This document shows positions 19,405 to 27,729 of a stretch of DNA of 64,000 nucleotides, piece after piece. The position numbers and the translations under genes are program-made. This DNA is from Candidatus Latescibacterota bacterium (lineage in GTDB: Bacteria > Latescibacterota > UBA2968). Where the stretch lies: assembly GCA_965198115.1 (NCBI GenBank), contig OZ240241.1, forward strand, positions 1,408,001 to 1,472,000, read 5' to 3'. Under the pieces are notes generated by a model. That model made no database searches and had not been told where the DNA came from. It saw only the letters and a program-made list of their open reading frames with translations. Position 1 is the first letter of the stretch; each line of letters starts with the position of its first letter.

Positions 19405-22400
19405 TTAAGCCGGAAGCCCCACAAATAGCCGACTCCACACATCCTCCAGCGAATCCACTTCGCCTGTTTCCGCAGCCCGTGCAAAAACAACTCCTGGGCG
19501 TCTCACATTGTGGGCTCTCGCAAGCACTCCATAGCCTTTAATCTCTGCCTGCAGCTCTTTGTCGAACTCCTCCATCTCGTGTACGATTCCCGCCAGGCCG
19601 CGCCGGGCACCCGGAACGCGCCCGAAGACCTCGGCAGGAGTCAGCCCTTCGGCCCACCCGTGTGGAATCGGTACCAGATTCATCTCCATATCTCGTACCA
19701 CACCGGCTCCCCCGAGATACTGTTTCAACTGACGCTCATTCCCTCGAGCACCGGACTTGAACATCAGGTTTATTGGCCCCCATCCATCGCCGTCGAATAC
19801 GTCCGACCTCACCACATAGCCTTCGATCTCCTGGGCATACGCCTGCCACTCATCCGCATCGTTTCCTTTAGGTTTTGGGGGCAGTTCCAGATCCGATCCT
19901 ACAAACGGTCCCATAGACAAGCCCAGCGTCTTTGCCACATCGTAGCCTCGATGCATCAGCTTCTGCGATACATCCAACGCAGCCTCGGGTCCTTCCCTGT
20001 CAAGAACTTCTGCCATCGCCTCAATCACGGTGGAATGAGTAACCATACCGTGCGTGGTGGCAATCGAGGCCCCGGCTAGCTCCTCGATCTCTCTCAGCCC
20101 CTCCGGTGATCTGCTGAGTTCCGCAAGCCCCATCATAGCGTCCATCCTGGGAGGTAGCGCCTGAATCAGTCCGGGATCTCGCCGGAGGTGGCCTGCCACG
20201 CTCAGGAGATCGGCCGCCTCCTTTTGTCCTGACTCGGTCAGGGGCAGGTAGACAGCTGCCTGATCTCCATCGAAATCCGCATTCATCATCTCGCAGACAA
20301 GCGGATGTACACGCAGCACATTTTCCGGAATGCGTCTCGGCCGGAAAACGACGAACGACATCGGGGCAACGGCAGGGGCCCGATAGAGAATCAACCACGA
20401 TGACGCCATCGCCTTGTCCAGCGCTTCGGCGCCCCTTTGGCTACGCTCTTGCACAGGCCTGGGATCTCCCAGCTCTCGAACGGCCAGAGGCCCGAACAGC
20501 GACCAAGCTATTTCTTCTGCCACGCCCAGCTCATCAATGCCCAGCTCAGGCCCGGGGGCAATCACCGTCCGTCCACTGAACAGAACGCGTGACTGGAACG
20601 CCATTTTGTCCGGGTGTACCAGCGCATCCAGATATTCTGCAACCCGGGCCCCCAGGTGCTCCGCAGCTTTGCGCGTAAGCGCCTCAGGCATCCCATCCTT
20701 CAGCATGCGCGACAACCGATCGTTCGATGCGGCCAGAGCAGCATATTCCACCAGATCCTCTGCAACCCCCACCACATCACAGGATCTGCTCGCATTCCAC
20801 GGATGCGGGACAGGCCTGATAAGCCCCAAGACATCGCCATGCGGCTCGACGAAGTCAAAGGTCAGCCTGGAGTCTCCGAGCGCGGCTCTGACTCCGCCCG
20901 CCCTCAACCCCTCCTGTATGCGCAGGAAACCGGCGCGAGGAGGTGCAGCCTGCGAGATGCTCCCTGAAGCCACGCGATCCTCCAGGGAGTCCGATCCCTC
21001 CTGTGCCGCCGCACACGTGTGGCTCTGCTCGCGGATGGTCTCGTATGCTCCAACGTCCGCCAGAACCCGATACTCCGTCTCCCCCATGGCCTGCCCACGA
21101 TAATCTCCGGGAGCCGTCCCCGAGTGGATCTTGTCCCTCACCAAGTGAGAAGTGACTCCCCAGTAGACCCAGCCAGCCGTACTTCGACGCTTCAGGGGAT
21201 GACCCTTCACCGTCAGCGCCTCCATACCATCTTCATCCAGCCCGGCATTCTGCAGCTGCTCGCGAAGCGCTTCTGCCTTGGGCGCTGAAAACGGAGGAAC
21301 AATGCACGGCGAACCGGTCGCCTTCGCGATCCGTCCCATTACTGCTTCCCGAACAGCGCCGTAAGCCATTCGGGACGGGAGGCTACATACGCTGTAGATG
21401 AGCTCAACGGGCGTCCCATCGGCGAGGGTTGGCATCTCCGCATCGGGCAGAATACGGCCGACCACACCCTTGTGTCCGTGGCGATTCGACAGCCTGTCTC
21501 CCACAGCAAGAATGTTAGGTGTCCGCATGCGGTCCGCACACGACTCGCTCACCACGATCGAATCCTCGAACGCATCCCCATCCCACGAGATGAACGCCGT
21601 CAACAGATTGTGTCCCATCCAGAAGAAGGGTGTGTCCGGCTCGTGTCCTGTTTGCACCAAAGCCGGTTCGGGCGCCATTCCCTCCGCTTCGCTCATCATC
21701 TGTTGATAGGCGTGGAAGTCACCGGCTTCCTGGATCGGCATCTCTGGATCAGGCTTTCCAATCCATTGGCGCATCATATTCACGCCCATAAGGATCCGGT
21801 TCGAATCGCTGTGCTCGAGGAAGGGAATCGATGCAGCGCCCATCCCCAGCGTGCCTTCGGGACTGTCGTCCACGATCACGATCCGGTCGTCTTGGATGGC
21901 GGCGCCCCGCGCAATCTCCAGAATCAACCCGATATTCGGTCCTTCCGGAGTGCAGAACGGGCAGACCCGTCCCTGCTGACTGGCGACTACTACCGGAATA
22001 CCCGTCAATCTGAACGGGGGCGCCGCTTCCCGTCCGATATGTTCAAGGGATAGGCGTCTCAAGTGCGTGTAAACGTCCAGCCAGTTCGTCACCTGCAGGT
22101 ACTGTGAACTACCCTGGTGTTGTCGGTATCGGCCGTTCAGATAGGTGTGCCACTGCCCGACGTGGAACTCCTGAAACCAATCGTCGATCGGCAGCCACGA
22201 TCTGGTCAGATCAGCATCCCAGGACAGGCTATGCGGGGCGTCTCCCAGACGTTCGGCTATGAAATCCCGCAGCTGATCTCCCACGCAGCTGATCTCCGCA
22301 TCAACCAGGTCCGGGGAGGATGCCAGCGGCACGACCACCCGGTAGCTCCCTTCTACTTTGAACACACCGGCATCGTCCGGTTTCGGCAGATTGTCGAACG

Positions 22401-22581
22401 AGAGCAGCACATCGCCGTCCGCGCCCTGAACGATCACTTCCACGCTACACGTGTATGGTCCTGTCGACTCCGTACGGTAGTCCACTAACGGCACCCGCTC
22501 TCTCAACAGATCGGGAAGGAATTCGTTGACGAATCGATCCCACGACTCCTTGTGCCAAGGGGCAGCATCATTCAAAGACAT
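19405..22581 (-). CDS. Miniaturised single-chain RNA polymerase beta-beta' fusion-like protein (~1058 aa)
   Basis: RpoB-like GRVCPFCTPEGPNIGLI, IPFLEHSDSNRILMG, FEDSIVVSE, GDRLSNRHGHKG, PSRM, HLVRDKIH, GQAMGETE followed by RpoC-like FSGRTVI, YRAP, HPLVCEMMNADFDGDQ, SGARG, GARRGLA; start ATG overlaps the sigma stop after GGAGG. Confidence 0.92.
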   Translation of the reverse strand: MSLNDAAPWHKESWDRFVNEFLPDLLRERVPLVDYRTESTGPYTCSVEVIVQGADGDVLLSFDNLPKPDDAGVFKVEGSYRVVVPLASSPDLVDAEISCVGDQLRDFIAERLGDAPHSLSWDADLTRSWLPIDDWFQEFHVGQWHTYLNGRYRQHQGSSQYLQVTNWLDVYTHLRRLSLEHIGREAAPPFRLTGIPVVVASQQGRVCPFCTPEGPNIGLILEIARGAAIQDDRIVIVDDSPEGTLGMGAASIPFLEHSDSNRILMGVNMMRQWIGKPDPEMPIQEAGDFHAYQQMMSEAEGMAPEPALVQTGHEPDTPFFWMGHNLLTAFISWDGDAFEDSIVVSESCADRMRTPNILAVGDRLSNRHGHKGVVGRILPDAEMPTLADGTPVELIYSVCSLPSRMAYGAVREAVMGRIAKATGSPCIVPPFSAPKAEALREQLQNAGLDEDGMEALTVKGHPLKRRSTAGWVYWGVTSHLVRDKIHSGTAPGDYRGQAMGETEYRVLADVGAYETIREQSHTCAAAQEGSDSLEDRVASGSISQAAPPRAGFLRIQEGLRAGGVRAALGDSRLTFDFVEPHGDVLGLIRPVPHPWNASRSCDVVGVAEDLVEYAALAASNDRLSRMLKDGMPEALTRKAAEHLGARVAEYLDALVHPDKMAFQSRVLFSGRTVIAPGPELGIDELGVAEEIAWSLFGPLAVRELGDPRPVQERSQRGAEALDKAMASSWLILYRAPAVAPMSFVVFRPRRIPENVLRVHPLVCEMMNADFDGDQAAVYLPLTESGQKEAADLLSVAGHLRRDPGLIQALPPRMDAMMGLAELSRSPEGLREIEELAGASIATTHGMVTHSTVIEAMAEVLDREGPEAALDVSQKLMHRGYDVAKTLGLSMGPFVGSDLELPPKPKGNDADEWQAYAQEIEGYVVRSDVFDGDGWGPINLMFKSGARGNERQLKQYLGGAGVVRDMEMNLVPIPHGWAEGLTPAEVFGRVPGARRGLAGIVHEMEEFDKELQAEIKGYGVLARAHNVRRPGVVFARAAETGEVDSLEDVWSRLFVGLPA

Positions 22582-23186
22582 CAGTCTCCTCCCTCTCCCT
22601 CGAATCTCCGCCATTGTCGGGCAAGCTCCTTCCGGGCGTGATGAAGCCTCGACTTCACAGTGCCTTCCGGCACACCCAGCCGTTCGGCCACCTCGCGCAT
22701 CTCCATCTCTGCATCGTGCACCATCCGGACGACCTCGCGTTTCTCCTCCGGAAGCTCATCGATACGTCGCTGCAGCCACTGGTGTCGCTCACGCTGTTCG
22801 ACCCGAGCATCTGGGCCAAGTGAAGCGCTGTCAACGAGCCATCCAGGAGTGAGCGTATCGTCGTCATCCTGCACGCCATCGAGCCAGAGAACCGGCTCGG
22901 TCGGTGCCTCTCGTCGTCGACGGACCCACCGGAGGTGATTGTAGGCCAGGTGTGTGCCGATTCGAAGCAGCCACCCCTGCAGCGTCCCGCGGCATTCCCA
23001 CTGATCGGCCCGGCTCCAGAGACGGATAAACACCTCCTGCACCAGGTCTTCAGCCGAGGCAGAATCGCGGACAATTCTGTTAACGCAGGCCTTTATCTGT
23101 CCCTCAAACCTGTCGAAAACGACCTCGAAAGCCTGTTCGTCCCGGTTCAGGATTCTGTTCACAAGCTCTCGATCCGTCTCTGCCAT
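22581..23186 (-). CDS. ECF (sigma-70 group 4) RNA polymerase sigma factor
   Basis: Region 2 AEDLVQEVFIRLW...WLLRI; region 4 LPEEKREVV...EVAERLGVPEGTVKSRLHHAR. Confidence 0.95.
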   Translation of the reverse strand: MAETDRELVNRILNRDEQAFEVVFDRFEGQIKACVNRIVRDSASAEDLVQEVFIRLWSRADQWECRGTLQGWLLRIGTHLAYNHLRWVRRRREAPTEPVLWLDGVQDDDDTLTPGWLVDSASLGPDARVEQRERHQWLQRRIDELPEEKREVVRMVHDAEMEMREVAERLGVPEGTVKSRLHHARKELARQWRRFEGEGGD

Positions 23187-23204
23187 TCGGGATCCCCACC
23201 TTTA

Positions 23205-23231
23205 AGGACACCACAAATTGAACCGAGTTCA
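23205..23231 (-). promoter_or_regulatory. Putative ECF-type promoter TGAACT-N16-GTCC with overlapping palindrome TGAAC-N3-GTTCA
   Basis: Resembles the generic ECF AAC...GTC consensus; ~20 bp upstream of the sigma ATG. Confidence 0.4.
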
Positions 23232-23688
23232 TTCGATTATCGACATCTTCTACAGACTGCGCAGATGGCACAGACATTGTACTCCAGCTGTACCATCCCT
23301 CGCAGCTCGTTGCGGATCCAAGAAGAATGGGCACGTCCTCTACCTTCTAAGGACATGCCCAAATCTGAAAACAGGTTTCAGGTCAGTTGCGCCCCGTTCC
23401 AATGGCATTCCGGGGATACCGAGGGGCTAAGGGTTCAGCGTTCTACCGATGCGTGCCACTTAAAGTATTTCGCTCTGCCCTTGTTCCAGGCGGTCACTTT
23501 CCTACCTTGCAGGATGTCAAGCTTCCATCGACCGACTCTCGGTCCGCCTCACACACAACAAGCCTCATACAACAACTAGGCACACTCGCCGGTTTACTTG
23601 ACGTAACGTGCTCCTTTTCGGTAGCCTGTTCCTTACGTGCGTGGCGGTCACCAGCTTTATGGCCCTATGTCCATGCGCAACCCGTCGC

Positions 23689-24218
23689 GGTCAAGTCCCA
23701 TAGTCAGTTGAAAACTCATCGGGCCCCGTAGTTTGGTCAGGCTCTCTTTTGAGCATTCTGTTCGTTGTCGAGATTCAGATCTTTGTTCAGTGCTTGCCTG
23801 AGTAGGGGAAGATGTTTGTATCCGCTCACGCGTCGCAGGCGAGGTTCGATGTCGAGGAGTGCGGCAGCCACCCATCTGTGTCTCTGGGGAGAGTTGTTCC
23901 AGCGTCTGACCTTCCGAGTGAGCTCGCCGGTCATGCTGTTGAGGGCTTCGATGCAGTTGGTGGTTCGGAAGCTTCGTTTCAGGAATGGGAGCATACCCAG
24001 CCGGTGGAGGGTCAGGGTTTCCTCCAGGCCTCCTCGTTGTGCTTGACGGCTCAAAGGGACTCCGCAGTGCTGTCACCAAAGCCCTCAAAGGGTATGTGCG
24101 CGTGCATCGCTGCCAGTGGCACAAGCGCGAGAATGTCGTCAGCTATCTCCCGGAGAGGGAACGTCCAAGACTCTCTTCGTCGGCAAAGCTCTTTCCGTCA
24201 ATGAAGAGGGTCACGAAG
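23689..24218. mobile_element. Scrambled IS256 type B remnant with right IR (three pieces, middle one inverted)
   Basis: IR GGTCAAGTCCCATAGTCAGTTGAAAC at 23689; GLEETL... (-), LLVVLDG...ERPR (+), FVTLFIDGKSFADEE (-). Confidence 0.85.
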
Positions 24219-25112
24219 TGTTCGCGACGTCTGTTGTGTCGAAAGACGAACTCATCCAAGTAGACTTGGAGCTGTTCACGACTGACGCCGTGATGCGTGC
24301 CAACCAGCCATTGCTGAAGGTTTCCGATCGCTCGGTCCACCAGAGGCACCACGGATTCCGCTCCCTTGCGAAGTTCCGCCCGATGCGGCTGGGAACGGGC
24401 AACGTGGTAGCCTTTCGCGTTGAGTTTCTCAAAACTCTTGAGTCCGTCAGTGTGGATCGTCGAGCCGGGCGTGACGTTCTGTTTGGCGAAGTCAACGAAC
24501 GTTGTCGACTTGAAATCTGGAATCACGGTCATGCGGAGACGCCCGGATCTGTTTGATCCGCGTTTCTCTACAGCAACCAGTACGAGCGCCGCACGGCGGC
24601 CCTTGAGCTGTCGGCTTCCGCGGAGTCCGGGTTGAGGCCCGCCGATCCAGGTGTCATCGATCTCGACCTCTCCGTGGAGGGGTTCACGCGCCTCATTGAC
24701 CATTGCTCGTCGAAGCTTGTGAAGCATCATCCAGGCGGTTTCGTAGCGCTTGAGCCCCAGTTGACGCTGGATGAGAAGCGCCGAGATCCCACGTTTGTCG
24801 GTGGTCATCAGGTAGGCAGCCCAGAACCAAGCCGTCAGCGGCGTTTTCGTCCTGTGAAGAACCGTCCCGGACGTCAGCGACACTTGATGCCTGCAGGAAA
24901 ACACACTCCCACTGTCGGCGTTTGGCGACCGTGTAAGCTCGATCGTGACCACAGCGTGGGCAGACGAAACCGTCAGGCCATCGACACATCGCCAGGTAGT
25001 CTTGACACGCCTCTTCGGTAGCGAACTGGCGCTGAAACTCGCTCAGGTTTTTCGGGAACGGAAGTCTTCGCACGCCCGAACACTACATGATAGTGCCCTC
25101 CTGAGTCAACCA
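24219..25112 (-). mobile_element. IS1595-family transposase, frameshifted (~24900) and 3'-truncated
   Basis: RWPDGFVCPRCG, RGISALLIQRQLG, EIDDTWIGG, IHTDG, YLDEFVFRHNRR. Confidence 0.85.
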
Positions 25113-25590
25113 GGATCGGATTCCGCTCAAACAGACTGTTGCGGAGTTCTTCAACGGTGGTCTTGAAGTAACGCACCCAGAGCAGGTTCTCCTTGAGAAT
25201 GCGGATGAAACGCTCGGCGCAACCCCTTCCTTCCGGGCACGCACAAAGCTTGGCGAGGCCTCGATACCCTGGGAGGCGATCTCGAAAGGCGTCAGAGACG
25301 TATTGGGACCCGTTGTCGTGACAGACGCGGGCGAGGCCTTGAGCGATGTCCTTTACCAAGGCGCCGAAGTGACGGCGGACGCCCTGTCGTGCAGTGATCG
25401 ACCGCCACGAACACACTTGCCGTGCCTTCCCCGGTCGTGATCGTCTGAGTCAGATCCGTGCCCACATCGCGTCAGGGATCGGAGTCGTGATCGTGCCGTC
25501 GTGGGCTGAGGACCGCGGCGTGACCCTGTCCGATTGGGTGCCTGTGAACCGTTCTCACGCATCAGACTGTCCTCCTACAGTTCCAGCACA
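25113..25590 (-). pseudogene. Degenerate IS3-family OrfB
   Basis: HDNGSQYVS, PEGRGCAERFIRILKE; multiple frameshifts. Confidence 0.7.
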
Positions 25591-26295
25591 CATACAACCA
25601 CCGGTGGATCGTCCAGCGACACGGCTACAAGACGCCGACTCAAGTCCGAGCCGAGAAACTGGCGGCCAGACGCGCCGACTGAATACACTCACTGGCGTGC
25701 CAGGTTACGCAGGGCTTTATAATCTTGGACCTGGAGCGGATGCCGTTTCAGCGCTGGGAAGCAGCCCCGCAAGCAGCCTTTTCGAGTTGCAATCCCTTAC
25801 GCGGCGTATGTCGACTGTCCTTGACCAGTCCCGGATACCGAGCGTCCGGCACTGAGGTGCTACGGCTGTCACAAAGCGTTCTCTGCGGCGAGCCCCTCTT
25901 ACCGCGTTAGCTCGACCGAGGACACACCCGAAAGATCGGCGATTGGGAGATCGGCGGCACCTTCGTCCGCCGGGCAGCATGCCCGAGGCCAGATCGTCCA
26001 AGACCGCGTCGGCCAGACTGCCCGGCCGTGAGCGTCCAGCGCCCCAGCGAGTAGGATTCCCCGATCCGGCACATCTGGTCCCGGCCAGCCTCAGACAAGA
26101 TTGCAATCCGCGTCGATTGCCACTCCCGACGACGCTCGGCCCTGGTAGGTTCGCCGGCGCCTTCGCATCCGACAGCAGCCCTCGCCGTCGGTGAACGGAG
26201 TCCCGCGCGCCAGACGGTTCTTCAGCTGTACGCGCATCTCCTGAGGGTCGCAAGAGATCGTCTTCGTCGAACGCCGCCCTGAACGACGGCGGGCA

Positions 26296-27678
26296 TCAGC
26301 TTGTATCCGTCCTTCCGCCTCCGGCCTGAAAGTCGCCCAGGTCCTGCTCGTAGAGGCGCTCGAGCAGGGCCTCCCTCCGGCTCTTCGGCAGGGCTTTGAA
26401 GTTCCGCGCGTCATCGGGGACCGGCGCCACCGCCGCGACGGTAGAGGCCCGGTCGTCGACCCACACCACGAGGCGCGACGGGTCCTCACGTTCGCGCTGG
26501 AAGCCCACCGTCACCTTCTGGCCCACGACCGAGAGGAACGGCTCCCTCCTCGGCAGCTGCCACGCCTTCCCGCAACACCGCACCGTCAGGTCCCCGCGCA
26601 CCACGGCCTGGACGCGGTCGTAGAGGTAACGCTCCCACACCTCAGAAGGCATCACACGCACGGCACCGGCCAAGCCGGCCGACCACCTGAGAAACGGCGG
26701 CTCGGCCGTCACGGCGTGCGCCCGGGCGTTGACTTTGTGCAACAGATCCAGCAGCAGCGCGTTGGCCTCCTCCAGAGAAAGACGCACGCCCTGGTCGACG
26801 TGCACACGCAGCAGCGCCGTCAGCCTCCGCTTGAGCGTTCCGATCTGCCGCTCCACCTTTCCCTTGGCCGCCGGGTTCCCCACGCGGTGACGCTTGAACG
26901 TCACGTCCACGTCTTGAATAAACTGCCGGAACAGCGACGACTGCGGCGCGCTGTCGTTGTCCGAATACAACACAACCGGACACCCGCAGAACGGGAACGC
27001 CGCTTTCTCCTCCCAGGCCCGTGCGCAGAAGTCGACCCAGTTGAGCGCGTGCTTGCCGAAATAGAGCCGTGCATACGTCGCCCGCGAATAGTCGTCCACC
27101 AGACAGAACAGGTGCAGGCGGGGGCGCCCGTTCCGGGAACGCGCCCTCCCTTTTTTCTTATCCGCCGCGCCGATCGAGCCGTCGGGTGCGACGAAGTAGC
27201 GCGGCAGCTCCGTCACGTCCAGTTGGTGCAGCCCGTTCGAATGAGGCGCCTCCCAACGCCGGTGCGGCACCGTCTTGAGCCGGGACGTGACCGGCCCGGT
27301 CAGCCGCCTCGGCGCCGTCAGCTGCTTCAGGCTCACCCCACGGGACCGCAAAAAGCCGTTATACGTCGACACCGAGATCGCTTTCGGGGCGATCCAGCCC
27401 TGAGCCTCGGCCTGCGCGATCACGGCTTCGGCCGTCATCCCGTAGCGCACCGTCAACGCCATCATCTTCAGCATCGCGCGGTCGCTCACGTCCACCCGCC
27501 GCCGTCCCTGGTCGGAACGCCTGGACCGCCGACCCTCCTGCCCGACCCACCGGTAGACCGTCGACACGTGAACGCCCAGCGTGTGCGACCACCCGTAGAC
27601 CGCGGCCGTGAACGCGCCCCCTTCCAACCCCCGGCACGAACGACGCACCTCCTCGATGATTTTTGGACCATACGCCAC
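26296..27678 (-). CDS. Mu-like DDE transposase/integrase (C-terminus may be degenerate)
   Basis: HTH STVYRW, RRSDQG, HQLDVT, VDDYSR, YSDND, NPAAKGKVER. Confidence 0.8.
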   Translation of the reverse strand: MAYGPKIIEEVRRSCRGLEGGAFTAAVYGWSHTLGVHVSTVYRWVGQEGRRSRRSDQGRRRVDVSDRAMLKMMALTVRYGMTAEAVIAQAEAQGWIAPKAISVSTYNGFLRSRGVSLKQLTAPRRLTGPVTSRLKTVPHRRWEAPHSNGLHQLDVTELPRYFVAPDGSIGAADKKKGRARSRNGRPRLHLFCLVDDYSRATYARLYFGKHALNWVDFCARAWEEKAAFPFCGCPVVLYSDNDSAPQSSLFRQFIQDVDVTFKRHRVGNPAAKGKVERQIGTLKRRLTALLRVHVDQGVRLSLEEANALLLDLLHKVNARAHAVTAEPPFLRWSAGLAGAVRVMPSEVWERYLYDRVQAVVRGDLTVRCCGKAWQLPRREPFLSVVGQKVTVGFQREREDPSRLVVWVDDRASTVAAVAPVPDDARNFKALPKSRREALLERLYEQDLGDFQAGGGRTDTS

Positions 27679-27729
27679 GGCAGACCTGCCTTTCCTTTGT
27701 AGCCCCTTGTCTTAGGGGGCGGAGACGCC

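Noticed and set aside
19405-22614. Calling the RNAP-like ORF the host rpoB/rpoC or a simple pseudogene of it
   Set aside because: Far too short, strongly diverged at usually invariant positions, fused in frame with no stops or frameshifts, and outside the rplKAJL-rpoBC context; no gene symbol assigned
22582-22614. Upstream start giving 1069 aa
   Set aside because: The ATG at 22581 has a GGAGG RBS and a TGATG overlap; the extra 11 codons lie within the sigma gene
25590-26290. ORFs downstream of the Mu-like transposase as a MuB ATPase
   Set aside because: No Walker A/B motifs in the translated frames
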